DNA of 57,238 nucleotides from Elusimicrobiota bacterium. Lineage in GTDB: Bacteria > Elusimicrobiota > Elusimicrobia > UBA1565 > JACRDR01. Below the pieces are notes generated by a model. That model did not search any database, was not told the origin of the DNA, and saw only the letters and a program-made list of their open reading frames with translations. The translations under genes and the position numbers were made by a program. Location of the stretch: the NCBI GenBank assembly GCA_041694815.1, contig JBGFSC010000016.1, forward strand, positions 1 through 57,238, read 5' to 3'. This document shows positions 8,597 through 18,572 of the stretch, piece by piece (positions within the stretch are counted from its first letter, which is position 1; the number at the start of each line of letters is the position of its first letter).

Positions 8597-10222
8597 TTGA
8601 GCAAACTCGCCGTTGCTTCCGCGCTCGGCCTTCTTGCCGTCCATCTGTGGCTCGGACTGCGCTTCATCGATTCGGCGGCCCCGACCTTCGATGAGCCGGT
8701 GCATCTGGCGAGCGGCTATTCGTACCTGAGGACGGGCCTCTACCGCCTCAACATTCGGGACCACCCTCCCTTCGCGGAAATGTGGGCGGCCATGCCGCTC
8801 CTGTTGGACCCGCCGCATCTCTTCTCGCAGCATCCCGATTTCCGCGGCGGGCGGCCGTACCACTACTCGGATTTTTTCCTCTACCGCAATCGTCTCTCCG
8901 CCGAATCGATGCTCAATGCCGCCCGCCGCTTCGCTTTTTTCACGTGGACCCTGGCCTTGGCCGCAACCCTGCTGTTTTGGGCCAGGGCGGCCGGCGGCGC
9001 GGCCGCCCTCGTCGCCGCCGCATGGGGATATGCCTTCTCTCCGGCGCTGCTTTCCAATCTCGCGTTGGTGACTACCGACGGGGCTTCCGCCGCGTGCTGG
9101 TTCGTCTCGGCGTATCTGGCTTCGGAGGCGGCGCGGCGGGAAAGCCGCTGGCTATGGTCCGCGGCTGGGGTGTTCACGGGTTTGGCCATGGCGTCTAAAT
9201 TCAACATATTCGTCCTACCGCCGACGCTGCTCGCCTTGGTCTTCTGCAGCCGCCGTATGGAGGGGCGCTCGGGCCTGCCTTGGGGCCTCGGGTGGCTGTT
9301 GGGCGCGGCCGCGCTGTCGCTTGCCGCAATCTATCGGCTGGACCAGCTCCCGCTATATTGGGAGGGCCTTCGCGATACTATCGAGCGGTTAGAGCAAGGC
9401 AGATCCTCCTTTTTCTTCGGGCGCCGCTCCACCGTCGGGACCTGGCTTTATTTTCCCGTGGCGTTGGCGGTCAAAACGCCCGCGGCTTCCTTGGCCCTGG
9501 CGGCGCTGGGCGCTCTGCGGATATTCCGGATGGAGCCTGCTCGAGCGCTATGGGTATGGGCGCCCGGAACCCTGTATCTGGGCCTGGCACTGTTCTCGAA
9601 GGTGCAGATCGGCTATAGGCATGTCTTGCCGGTGCTTCCCTTCGTGCTTCTCGCCGCGGCTCTCGGCGCCGCGTATTTGTGGGAGAAGGGTCGTTGGGCC
9701 AGGGCCTTTTGCTGCTGCCTTCTGGCCTGGCAGGCCTTCTCCGTATGGCGCGTCCATCCCCATTATCTCGCGTATTTCAACGAATGGGTCGGGGGGCCTT
9801 CCCGTGGCTACCGCTGCCTCGTCGACTCCAATCTGGACTGGGGACAGGCGCTCAAAGGGCTGGCTCGGGAGATCCAGTCGCGGGGCAACCCTCCGGTGTT
9901 TCTGTCTTATTTCGGAACCGCCGATCCCGAGTTCTACGGCATCCGCTATATCCCTGTGGGCTTTTACAGCCTCGTCGAGCGGCCGGGCAACGCGGAAGGA
10001 TCCCCGCCGGGAAAGGCGACGTTGCTGGCGGTTTCCGCGACGAATCTTCAGGGCGTCTATTATCAGGATCCCCACGTTTTCGATTGGTTGAGAGAGCGGG
10101 TTCCTGACAGCGTAGTGGGCTATTCCATCTTCCTCTACGACCTAAACGCGGACCCCGAGGGCCGGCGGCGCCTGGCCGAGCTCCTGCCTTCTGGCACGGC
10201 CCGAAGGCTTCTGATAGAATAA
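8597..10222 (+). CDS. GT-C / family 39 (ArnT/PMT-like) membrane glycosyltransferase
   Basis: PTFDEPVH, HPP, TTD, multiple TM helices, IGYRHVLP, LAYFNE, DSNLDWGQ. Confidence 0.8.
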   Translation: MSKLAVASALGLLAVHLWLGLRFIDSAAPTFDEPVHLASGYSYLRTGLYRLNIRDHPPFAEMWAAMPLLLDPPHLFSQHPDFRGGRPYHYSDFFLYRNRLSAESMLNAARRFAFFTWTLALAATLLFWARAAGGAAALVAAAWGYAFSPALLSNLALVTTDGASAACWFVSAYLASEAARRESRWLWSAAGVFTGLAMASKFNIFVLPPTLLALVFCSRRMEGRSGLPWGLGWLLGAAALSLAAIYRLDQLPLYWEGLRDTIERLEQGRSSFFFGRRSTVGTWLYFPVALAVKTPAASLALAALGALRIFRMEPARALWVWAPGTLYLGLALFSKVQIGYRHVLPVLPFVLLAAALGAAYLWEKGRWARAFCCCLLAWQAFSVWRVHPHYLAYFNEWVGGPSRGYRCLVDSNLDWGQALKGLAREIQSRGNPPVFLSYFGTADPEFYGIRYIPVGFYSLVERPGNAEGSPPGKATLLAVSATNLQGVYYQDPHVFDWLRERVPDSVVGYSIFLYDLNADPEGRRRLAELLPSGTARRLLIE

Positions 10223-10247
10223 CGGCGGGACCCGCCGATACCAAATC

Positions 10248-13200
10248 ATGCCTGTTCCCCCGATGGAAGAACTCGAACGCCGGCTGGAGCGTTGGCGCCG
10301 CGAATTCCGCTCCGCGGTGCTCGTGCGCGGCGGGTTGCGCCTGGCGGCGGCCGTTTGCCTTGGGCTTACCGCGGCGCTGGCCATTGACGCCTATTTTCCG
10401 CTCGCGCTGCCGTTGCGGTGGGGCCTGTTCTGGGCCGGCGTCGCCGCCCTGGCGGCCGCCGGGACCGCGTGGATCGCCAAGCCGTTGCTCGAGTCCAGGC
10501 CTGAGCGGCTTCTACGCGACGCCGGCCGATGCCGGCCCGAGTTGACGCCGTACCTGTTGCCGGCGTGGGAGCTCTCCAAGGCCGCGCCCCCGCCGGGAGC
10601 ATCGGCGGCGCTTTTGGACAGGCATCTGGAGAGCACGGAGACCCTGCTTCGGAGATTCCCTGACATCCGCGTATATGCGCCTCCTTGGCCTTCCCGCCGG
10701 AACCTGGCGCTTGGCGCCTTGGCGGTGGTCGTCGCATGTGTGTGGCTGGGCCGCAGCGGCGCCGGGATAGGCCGCATCCTGTTCCCTTGGCGCGAACGTC
10801 CCCTGGAAAGCCGACTCGCGCTCGAGCCCGGCTCGCGGCGCCTGCCTTGGGCGTCGCCCGTTGAGATCAAGGCCCGATGGCTCGAAGGCCGGAGGGACGC
10901 ATCCGTGGAGCTCTGGATGCGTTCATCACGCTCTCCATGGAGCCGCGTGCCGTGGTCGCGCGCGGAAGACGGCTCCTTCGGCTATTCCCTGCCGGAGCTG
11001 GTGGAACGCCTGGAGTATCAGCTCCGGTGGCGGGACCAAAGAACCCAGCGTTTCGCTCTCGAACCGATCCCGGCCCCGCAGCTGCTGCGCCCGCGCCTGC
11101 GCATCTATCCTCCCGGCGAGGAGGCCCTGGGGAAATACAAAGAACTCAGTCTCGAAGGGGTGACTGAGATCTCCGCTTTGCAGGGCAGCTGGCTGGTGTT
11201 CTCGGGAGCGACGAAGGAGCCGATAGCTAAGGCGGCGTTGCGCGTGAGTTTCCTTAACGGCCCGGTCGAGCTGCGTCGGATCGCGGGCGGATTCGAAGGC
11301 GGGTTTCCCTTGCGCGAGGACGGGCGATTTTATCTGGAGCTCCTATCCGAGGAGGGCGCGTCGGATCCCGCGCCGGTGTCCTACGGCCTCAAGGCCACCG
11401 CCGACAAGCGCCCGGAGATAGAACTGCTTTCTCCCGCCTTTGAGATCGAAGCGAGTCCGCGGGAAAGGCTGCCCGTCGTTTTCCAGGCGAGTGACGATTA
11501 CGGCTTGGTCGCCATTTCCTTGTTATTCCGCCTCCCGGGCCGCGGCGAATCCTGGAAGGAGCTGCCCGTCGAGCGCTACTTAAAGGCGGCCGAATTGTCT
11601 TCGGAATACGCCTGGGACCTTTCGGGGATTCCCTTGGGCGAGAAGGTGGAGTTCCGCTTGCGCGCGACGGACAACCACCGGCCCTCACCGCAGGAATCCT
11701 TCTCGGAGAACGGTTCACTTCGCGTCGTCGATTTCGACGCCGCGCACGCCGAGGTCGAACGCCATTGGCTCGGTTTGGAGAAGGCCCTTTCGGATCTGGC
11801 CCTCAAGCAGGAGCGCGCGGCGGAGCTCGCGGCCCGCATGGCGGACGCCTCGCCCGAACGCAAGCGCGAATTGGAGGGATCGTGGGCCGAGCTCGACAAG
11901 CAGCTTGGCGCGGAGTGGCCGGCCGCGGTGGAGGCGATGCGGCGCCTAGCCGACTCGATGTCGCGGGATCCCTACAGCAACCCCGGAGTTACCGAGCAGG
12001 CGGCCGCCGCCGCTGCCGAATTGCAGCGCGCGGCCGCCCAAGAGCTGCCCGCCGCGCAACGCGAGGCTCGGCAGGGCCAATGGCGGCAGGCCTCCGCCAG
12101 GCACTCGCTCCTGGCGGAGGCGGCAAGGAGGGGAGGAAAGTCCTTGTCGGCCGGCCGCGAACTGCAAGGGCTGCAGGACCTTTGGACGCAGGCCGATCGG
12201 CTCGAGCAATCCGGTTCCGAACTAGGCGCGGCGCTCTCGAAATGGGCGGCCGGTGGCCGGGCCCCCAGCCCCCAGGAGTCGCGGGAGCTCCAGCAGGCGC
12301 TCGCTAAGCTCGAGAAGGAGTTGTCGGCCCTCTCCGAGCAAATCCAGCGCTCCGCCACCGCACCGCCTACCGACACCGCGGGGAACCGGAAGGCCTTCGT
12401 GGTGCCGCTCTCTCAGGCGCGCCGGACAACGGAGGCGCTGCAGCGCGCCCTGGCCGCCGGAGAGTACGGGCAGGCCGCGAGGTTGGCCTCCGATCTAGCC
12501 GAGCAATTGGCGAAAACCAGGCAGGCGATCGCCGACGCGGCCGAGCAGGCGGCGGCGGAAGGAACGGGCGGAGAAGATTTGAAAGGGCGCATGGAGGAAA
12601 CGGCCGCGCTCTGGGAAGAGGCGGTGCGCGAGCAGACCGCCGGCATGGCCTCCACGCAGAAGCTGGAAGACGCGGCCGTGCAGTCCCTGCTCGAGGCTCA
12701 GAAGGAGCTCTTGAAGGCGTTAGAAGCGAGGCAAAGGAAAGTGGCCTCCGCGGCCGCGGCCCTGCCGGGGAAGGTTTCCCCTGAGATATTGTCTGCGATG
12801 AACGCGGCGCTCGAGGAATTCGCCAAACGCTCGGTGTCGCAGGCGCCCCAGCTGCTGGAGGCGGCCGCCCGCGGTTTGAGAGTCGCCGCTTCGGGGCCCG
12901 ACGCGCCGAAACTCCGGGGCATCGCCGAGGAGGAGGAGTCCATCCTCGAGCAGCTTCGCCGGGGCGCGCCGGCTCCGCCGCCGGACGCCAAGCGGATCTC
13001 GGAGGGCGCCTCGGCGGTCGACTCCCAAGCGCGCGCGAGCGCGCGGACGGAGGAGCTGCGCAAGAACGTTGCGGAGCTCTCGGAACGGGTTCCCACGATG
13101 CCGTTCGGCGTGCGGGAGTCCGTCGAGTCGGCTCGGGCGTCGCAGGGGGCCGCCGAGAAATCGCTGTCGGAGAACGACGCCGCCGCGGCGTTAAAGCACC

Positions 13201-13496
13201 AGGCAAGGGCGCTCGAGTATCTTTCCCGCGGGCGCGATCAGTTTTCATCCGCCGTCGAGCGCCAAACCCAGATCCAGTCGGGTTCCCGCGGCGCGTTTAA
13301 ATCCTCGGGGCGGCGAACGGTCCGCGTTCCGGGTGGGCGCGAAGGCGCGCACAGCGGCTTCGTCCGGCTTCCCTCGGCGAAGGAATACCAACCTCCGGCC
13401 GAGCTCCGCCAAGAGCTGGAGAGGTCCTTGCGCGAGAGGAGGCCGCGCGCCTACGACGCGGTGATCCGGGAATACCTCAAGCGCATGTCGCAATGA
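10248..13496 (+). CDS. Large membrane-anchored coiled-coil protein (DUF4175-like)
   Basis: N-terminal TMs, beta-rich region with DKRPEI and ASDDYGL, long Ala/Glu/Gln helical region, C-terminal P..Y...IREY. Confidence 0.65.
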   Translation: MPVPPMEELERRLERWRREFRSAVLVRGGLRLAAAVCLGLTAALAIDAYFPLALPLRWGLFWAGVAALAAAGTAWIAKPLLESRPERLLRDAGRCRPELTPYLLPAWELSKAAPPPGASAALLDRHLESTETLLRRFPDIRVYAPPWPSRRNLALGALAVVVACVWLGRSGAGIGRILFPWRERPLESRLALEPGSRRLPWASPVEIKARWLEGRRDASVELWMRSSRSPWSRVPWSRAEDGSFGYSLPELVERLEYQLRWRDQRTQRFALEPIPAPQLLRPRLRIYPPGEEALGKYKELSLEGVTEISALQGSWLVFSGATKEPIAKAALRVSFLNGPVELRRIAGGFEGGFPLREDGRFYLELLSEEGASDPAPVSYGLKATADKRPEIELLSPAFEIEASPRERLPVVFQASDDYGLVAISLLFRLPGRGESWKELPVERYLKAAELSSEYAWDLSGIPLGEKVEFRLRATDNHRPSPQESFSENGSLRVVDFDAAHAEVERHWLGLEKALSDLALKQERAAELAARMADASPERKRELEGSWAELDKQLGAEWPAAVEAMRRLADSMSRDPYSNPGVTEQAAAAAAELQRAAAQELPAAQREARQGQWRQASARHSLLAEAARRGGKSLSAGRELQGLQDLWTQADRLEQSGSELGAALSKWAAGGRAPSPQESRELQQALAKLEKELSALSEQIQRSATAPPTDTAGNRKAFVVPLSQARRTTEALQRALAAGEYGQAARLASDLAEQLAKTRQAIADAAEQAAAEGTGGEDLKGRMEETAALWEEAVREQTAGMASTQKLEDAAVQSLLEAQKELLKALEARQRKVASAAAALPGKVSPEILSAMNAALEEFAKRSVSQAPQLLEAAARGLRVAASGPDAPKLRGIAEEEESILEQLRRGAPAPPPDAKRISEGASAVDSQARASARTEELRKNVAELSERVPTMPFGVRESVESARASQGAAEKSLSENDAAAALKHQARALEYLSRGRDQFSSAVERQTQIQSGSRGAFKSSGRRTVRVPGGREGAHSGFVRLPSAKEYQPPAELRQELERSLRERRPRAYDAVIREYLKRMSQ

Positions 13497-14614
13497 GAAA
13501 CTCTCCCGGGGGGCTCCTCCGGGCCCTGGCGCTCCGCTCGAGGCGCGAGGGCGCGCCGGTATACGCCGTCGGAGGCTGCGTGCGCGATTGGCTGATGGGC
13601 CGCCCGATGGCCAAGGACCTGGACTTGTTGATCGAATCCGATCCCGAGCCCTGGGCCCGCTTCTGCCGCGAGCGCTGGGGGGGCTCGCTCGAAGGCTTTG
13701 ATCAATTCGGGACGATCCGCCTGCTCTTGCCGGGGGGAGGGAGGATCGACTTCGCCCGCGCGAGGAAGGAAAGCTATCGCGAGAGCGCCGCGCTTCCCTT
13801 GGTCGAGCCGGCGACCCTGCGCGAGGATCTCGCCCGCCGGGATTTTAGCATCAACGCCATGGCCGCGGCCGTGACCCCGGGCGGCTTCGGCGACGTGGTG
13901 GATCCGGAGGGAGGGCTTTCGGATTTAAAGCGGCGGCGCATACGCGTGCTGCATCCTCGGAGCTTCGAGGACGACCCGACGCGGCTTTTCCGCGCCGCGC
14001 GCTTGGCCGCGCGCTTCGGCTTCCGGCTGGACCCCGAGACGGACCGGCTGAGGCTCGCGGCCGTCCGGGGCCGGTACCCGGAGCGGCTTTCGAGGGAGCG
14101 GTTGCGCGCGGAGCTCTTGAGAATACTCGAAGAAAAGAATCCTCTCTCGGCCTTAAGGCTACTGCGCCGATGGGGCTTGGCGCAGTTCCTCCACCCACGC
14201 CTGGATTGGCCCGAGGATTTGGGCCGCGGACGCACGGCCCTGGAGCGTCTTGGGATCGTCGCCTGCCGCATGGGGTCTAGAGATGGGGCCGAATTAATCC
14301 GTTCCTTGAATCTGGAGCGCTCCGATTCGCAGGCGCTGCTGCTCGCGCTGGAGTTGCTGCGGCGGCGCGAGGTCCCGCGCGGAGCTCTGCCGCCCCTGGC
14401 CCAGGAAGTGCTGCGCATCGCCTGCGGTTGGAGCAGCAAGAAGCTCAGGCCTCTGCTTTTGAAAGGTGAGGATTTGATGCGCTTGGGCCTACGGCCGGGT
14501 CCGGCATACTCTCGATTGTTGGCCCACGCGGCGGCGGCTCAGTGGAAGGGGGCTTTTTCGACTAAACGCGAAGGCATCCGTTGGTTGAAAAAACGTGTCC
14601 AAGAGACTGCTTAA
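13493..14614 (+). CDS. Class II tRNA nucleotidyltransferase (CCA- or A-adding)
   Basis: VGGCVRD, DLD, RRDFSINAM, EDDPTRLFRAAR, LSRERL. Confidence 0.88.
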   Translation: MRNSPGGLLRALALRSRREGAPVYAVGGCVRDWLMGRPMAKDLDLLIESDPEPWARFCRERWGGSLEGFDQFGTIRLLLPGGGRIDFARARKESYRESAALPLVEPATLREDLARRDFSINAMAAAVTPGGFGDVVDPEGGLSDLKRRRIRVLHPRSFEDDPTRLFRAARLAARFGFRLDPETDRLRLAAVRGRYPERLSRERLRAELLRILEEKNPLSALRLLRRWGLAQFLHPRLDWPEDLGRGRTALERLGIVACRMGSRDGAELIRSLNLERSDSQALLLALELLRRREVPRGALPPLAQEVLRIACGWSSKKLRPLLLKGEDLMRLGLRPGPAYSRLLAHAAAAQWKGAFSTKREGIRWLKKRVQETA

Positions 14615-14651
14615 GGGGAACTGAGGGGCATGTCACTGAATCCTCACTGTT

Positions 14652-14682
14652 TTTCTGCGCCGTCATTTTGCCGGCGCAGAAA
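14652..14682. terminator. Stem-loop, possible terminator or repeat module
   Basis: TTTCTGCGCCG-tcattttgc-CGGCGCAGAAA downstream of the nucleotidyltransferase; related copy at 21193. Confidence 0.5.
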
Positions 14683-14713
14683 TTGGCGTTTTCGGCACAG
14701 TCGGTACGGCAAC

Positions 14714-15062
14714 TTTACGCGCTTTGGGCGCGTGGGCTCGGCGCTAACGGCCGTGCCGAGCGCGGGAATTCTCGCGAGAAACGTCGAACTTCGTCGCGCG
14801 AAGCGCGACGAAGTCCGGCGCCGACACTCTGGTCGGCGCCGCGTCCGTTGTTTCCCTCTGGATGAACGGCGATTTTTACGCGCTTTGGGCGCGTGGGCTC
14901 GGCGCTAACGGCCGCGCCGAGCGCGGGAATTCTCGCGAGAAACCTCGAACTTCGTCGCCGACACTCCGGTCGGCGCCGCGTCCGTTGTTTCCCTCTGGAT
15001 GAACGGCGATTTTTACGCGCTTTGGGCGCGTGGGCTCGGCGCTAACGGCCGCGCCGAGCGCG
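14714..15062. repeat. Tandem array of multi-hairpin units (161 bp, 137 bp, partial third)
   Basis: Units start at 14714, 14875 and 15012 and are near-identical; unit 2 lacks a 24-bp segment; each unit is a chain of inverted repeats. Confidence 0.92.
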
Positions 15063-15066
15063 AGCG

Positions 15067-15095
15067 TTGACCCCCGTCGGACAAACATATAGAAT
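15067..15095 (+). promoter_or_regulatory. Sigma70-type promoter, leaderless
   Basis: TTGACC-17-TAGAAT, 6 nt before ATG 15102. Confidence 0.65.
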
Positions 15096-15101
15096 AGCAC
15101 G

Positions 15102-15734
15102 ATGGAGTGGATCATCCAATGGCCGATACTGCTCTTCTCCGTCGTCGTTCATGAATTCGCCCATGGATGTTCCGCCTACCTCAAGGGCGATCCCACGCCC
15201 GAAGCCGAAGGCCGCCTGACCTTCCACCCAGGCCCGCATGTCGACGCCTTCGGGACGGCGTTTCTTCCGCTGCTCTGCCACTTCCTCGGCCTGCCGATGT
15301 TCGGCTGGGCCAGGCCGATGCGCATAGACTTTTCTCGTTTCAAGAGCCGCTCCGACAGGATTTGGGTCGCCGCCTCCGGCCCGGCAGCGAACCTGACGCT
15401 GGCGCTGGCCTTGGCCATTTTTTTCAAGGCCGTGTCGCTGGCCTCCTTCCTCGACCCGGGCTTTCAGCGCACGGCGCTCGACGCGCTGCTCTTCGGCGTG
15501 AGCATTAACCTGCTGCTCGCCTTCTTCAACCTTGTTCCGATCCATCCCTTGGGCGGTGGCCGGCTCCTGGAGGGCTTCTTGCCTGGCTCCTGGCGCGCTG
15601 GATACGCCCGCCTGGCGCCTTACGGCGCCTACGCCCTCTTGGCGCTGGTGATGAGTGGGGCGCTCGGCCCCCTGGTCATGCTCCCCTCCAAGGCCGCTTT
15701 ATCCCTTCTTTCCCAGGCGGGCCTGATCTGGTGA
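15102..15734 (+). CDS. Site-2 protease (peptidase M50)
   Basis: HEFAH, GWARP, ASGPAAN, FNLVPIHPLGGG (Gly where the usual LDG Asp lies). Confidence 0.88.
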   Translation: MEWIIQWPILLFSVVVHEFAHGCSAYLKGDPTPEAEGRLTFHPGPHVDAFGTAFLPLLCHFLGLPMFGWARPMRIDFSRFKSRSDRIWVAASGPAANLTLALALAIFFKAVSLASFLDPGFQRTALDALLFGVSINLLLAFFNLVPIHPLGGGRLLEGFLPGSWRAGYARLAPYGAYALLALVMSGALGPLVMLPSKAALSLLSQAGLIW

Positions 15735-16495
15735 CTCCCGTGGTCAAGGATTACGAAGTGCACCTCGAGATGTTCGAGGGCCCGCTAGACCTTCTCCTCT
15801 TCCTCATCAAGAAGAACGACCTCGACATCTACGACATCCCCATCTCGCAGATCACCCAGGAATACCTCTCCTATCTGGACCTGATGAAGGACCTCAATCT
15901 CGAGGTGGCCGGGGAGTTCCTGGTACTGGCCTCGACCTTGATGCAAATCAAGGCGCGCACGCTGCTCCCCTCGCAGGACTCCGAGGAGGAGGGCCCGGAC
16001 CCGCGCGAGGAGCTCGTCGCCAAGTTGGTCGAATACCAGAAATACAAGGAGGCGGCCAAGTTCCTGGAGGCGCGAGCCGAGCGCTTCAAGGACGTCTTCT
16101 ACCGGGGCTCGCCCCATTTCTCGGACGAGGAGAAGACGCTTTCCATCGGCGTCTTCGACCTGCTTGCGACGCTCCGTGAGGTGCTCGACCGCGCCGAAGA
16201 GGGCGGGATGGAGGTGGCGGGCGAGGAGTTCCCGATCGAGGATAAGATGCGCAAGATACTGCATCTGCTCGAATCGCGGCCCTACGTCTTTTTTAAGGAC
16301 ATCTTCCAGGATGAGCGCAAGCGTTTGGCCATCCTGACCTGTTTCCTGGCGCTGCTAGAGCTCATCAAGCTGCAGAAGGTTTTCGCGCGGCAGGACGGGC
16401 CGTTCGCGGAAATATTGATCTACCGCAAAGAGGCGCCGGCGTCCGCCGAGGGGGGGATCGACCATGGAGAACACGGAACTCAAGAGCGTCCTTGA
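15731..16495 (+). CDS. scpA: Segregation/condensation protein A
   Basis: FEGPLDLLLFLI, IYDIPISQIT, EFLVLASTL, FLALLEL. Confidence 0.95.
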   Translation: MTPVVKDYEVHLEMFEGPLDLLLFLIKKNDLDIYDIPISQITQEYLSYLDLMKDLNLEVAGEFLVLASTLMQIKARTLLPSQDSEEEGPDPREELVAKLVEYQKYKEAAKFLEARAERFKDVFYRGSPHFSDEEKTLSIGVFDLLATLREVLDRAEEGGMEVAGEEFPIEDKMRKILHLLESRPYVFFKDIFQDERKRLAILTCFLALLELIKLQKVFARQDGPFAEILIYRKEAPASAEGGIDHGEHGTQERP

Positions 16496-17060
16496 GACGC
16501 TGTTGTTCATCACCGATCGGCCGCTGCCTATCGGCCAATTGTGCAAGGTGCTCGGCGAGTCGGACGCGGGCAGGATCGGCTCGATGATCGACGAGCTCAA
16601 GAGCGACTACGCGAGCAGGAGCGCCTCGGTGCAGATCCTCGAGATCGCCGAAGGCTTCCAGATGGCGACTCGCCCGGAGCACGCCGCCTTCGTGCGCAAG
16701 CTCTACGCCGATAAGATGACTCTGAAGCTTTCTTCGGCCGCCCTCGAAACCCTCTCCATCATCGCCTATAAGCAGCCCCTGACCCGGGCGGAGATCGAGC
16801 AGATACGGGGAGTGGAGGTGATCGCCGCCCTCGAGACCCTGCTGGAAAAGCGCCTGGTCCGGGTGGTCGGGCGGAAAGAAACGGTCGGGCGCCCGCTGCT
16901 TTACGGGACGACCCCCGAGTTCCTGCGCCATTTTGGGCTCAAGAGCCTTTCCGAGATGCCGCCGATCGAATCCTTCAGGCCTTCCCCCGCGCAAGACCCG
17001 CCGCCCGCCGCCGAGCCCGCCGAGGCCTCGCTCGCGAGCCAAAACCCAGAAGGGGCTTAA
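16464..17060 (+). CDS. scpB: Segregation/condensation protein B
   Basis: LSSAALETLSIIAYKQPLTRAEIEQIRGV, GRPLLYGTT.EFL. Confidence 0.95.
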   Translation: MENTELKSVLETLLFITDRPLPIGQLCKVLGESDAGRIGSMIDELKSDYASRSASVQILEIAEGFQMATRPEHAAFVRKLYADKMTLKLSSAALETLSIIAYKQPLTRAEIEQIRGVEVIAALETLLEKRLVRVVGRKETVGRPLLYGTTPEFLRHFGLKSLSEMPPIESFRPSPAQDPPPAAEPAEASLASQNPEGA

Positions 17061-17063
17061 GGC

Positions 17064-18572
17064 GTGAGCAAGGCGGCGAGCCTTTCTTATCGTCTCCTCT
17101 TTAAGGCGAGCCCGGAGCCCATGTGGGTCATCGATGCCAAGACCTACCGTTTCTTGGACGTCAACGGGGCGGCGGTCGCCAAATACGGCTACTCGCGCAA
17201 GCAGTTCCTAAAGATGCGGGCGACGGACATACGACCCGCGGCGGACGTCGAGCGTTTCAAGCGGTATCTCGCGGAGGAGCGGCACGGGCTCATCCGCGCG
17301 GGCCGATGGCGGCACGTGCTCAAGAGCGGGGAGACGATCTACGTCGATATCGTCGCGCATCGTCTCAAGGTCGGCTCGCGCCAGGCCTTCCTGGCCGCGA
17401 TGACGGACGTGACCGAGATCCACAAGGCCGAGGAGCGCGCGCAATATTTGTTCCGGCAGCAAGTGGCCGCGATGCAGGCCTCGATGGACGGCATGGCCGT
17501 GCTCGACGCCGAAGGAAGGTACATCTACCTCAACGAGGCGCACGCGCACGTCTACGGCTACGACTCGCCGCAGGATCTCGTCGGCAAGAGCTGGAAAACC
17601 CTCTACGACCCCAAGGAGCTGAGCCGTTTCGAGACGCATATCATGCCCGAGTTCTTTAAAAAGGGCCACTGGCGGGGAGAGGCGGTCGGCAAGCGGCGAG
17701 ACGGCAGCCTTTTCCCCCAGGAGATATCCCTGTCGGCTATCGAGGGCGGGGGACTCGTCTGCGTGGTGAGCGATATCCGCGCCCGCAAAAGCGTTGAGGA
17801 GGAGCGGGAGCGCCTGCTCCAGTTCGAGAAGGTGGCGCGGGCGGATGCCGAGCAGGCGGCTCGTTCCAAGGACGAATTCCTGGCCCTGGTGTCCCATGAA
17901 TTACGGACGCCGATGACGGCGACCTTGGGTTGGCTCTGGCTTTTGAGGGAAGGGTCGCTGGACGCCGAGGGGAATTCTCGGGCGATCGATACCATCGAGC
18001 GGAACATGAAGCAGCAGGCGCAGATCATCGAGGACTTGCTAGACGTTTCCAAGATCACGAGCGGCAAGATGTACCTGCATATGCGGCCCATCGAATTCGG
18101 TTCGGTGCTCCGCGAGGCGATGAACGTCGCTCGCCCTTCCCTGGAAGCGAAGTCGATCCAATCCGCCGTCGAGACGGCACCGACGGAGCTCTTCGTGATG
18201 GGGGATCCGGACCGCCTTCAGCAGGCGGTGTGGAATCTCCTCTCCAACGCGATCAAGTTCACGTCGCCCAGGGGCCGCGTGGGCGTCCGCCTCGCCTCCG
18301 CGGGCTCCCGGCTGGAGCTTGCCGTCGAGGATTCCGGGCAAGGCATCAGCCCGGAGTTCCTGCCCTACCTTTTCGACCGTTTCCGCCAAGGCGAGAACCC
18401 GATCACGCGCTCGCAGAGGGGCCTCGGGCTGGGCTTGGCGATCGTCCGCTATATCGTCGAGATGCACGGAGGCACCGTCCAGGCCTCCAGCCCGGGACTG
18501 GGGCGGGGCTGCACCTTCACGATCTCCCTTCCCGTCCTTTCCGCCAAGGAGCTGCCCGTCCCCGCGCCATGA
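17064..18572 (+). CDS. Cytoplasmic PAS-PAS sensor histidine kinase
   Basis: Two PAS domains, SHELRTP H-box, NLLSNAIKF, DSGQGI, GLGLGL. Confidence 0.92.
   Translation: MSKAASLSYRLLFKASPEPMWVIDAKTYRFLDVNGAAVAKYGYSRKQFLKMRATDIRPAADVERFKRYLAEERHGLIRAGRWRHVLKSGETIYVDIVAHRLKVGSRQAFLAAMTDVTEIHKAEERAQYLFRQQVAAMQASMDGMAVLDAEGRYIYLNEAHAHVYGYDSPQDLVGKSWKTLYDPKELSRFETHIMPEFFKKGHWRGEAVGKRRDGSLFPQEISLSAIEGGGLVCVVSDIRARKSVEEERERLLQFEKVARADAEQAARSKDEFLALVSHELRTPMTATLGWLWLLREGSLDAEGNSRAIDTIERNMKQQAQIIEDLLDVSKITSGKMYLHMRPIEFGSVLREAMNVARPSLEAKSIQSAVETAPTELFVMGDPDRLQQAVWNLLSNAIKFTSPRGRVGVRLASAGSRLELAVEDSGQGISPEFLPYLFDRFRQGENPITRSQRGLGLGLAIVRYIVEMHGGTVQASSPGLGRGCTFTISLPVLSAKELPVPAP

Noticed and set aside
14615..14710. 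tRNA or known ncRNA after the nucleotidyltransferase
   Set aside because: No cloverleaf, T-loop (GTTC) context or CCA end recognised.
14714..15062. CRISPR array
   Set aside because: Whole units, including the intervening sequence, are duplicated. There are no unique spacers, the period is 137-161 bp and no cas genes are present.
17930..18568. N-terminal extension of GlgA (likewise the long track starts for ybeY, GH57, 19861, 46937, 53896)
   Set aside because: These are stop-poor GC-rich read-through frames overlapping real upstream genes. Conserved N-termini start at the stop/start overlaps or downstream starts.
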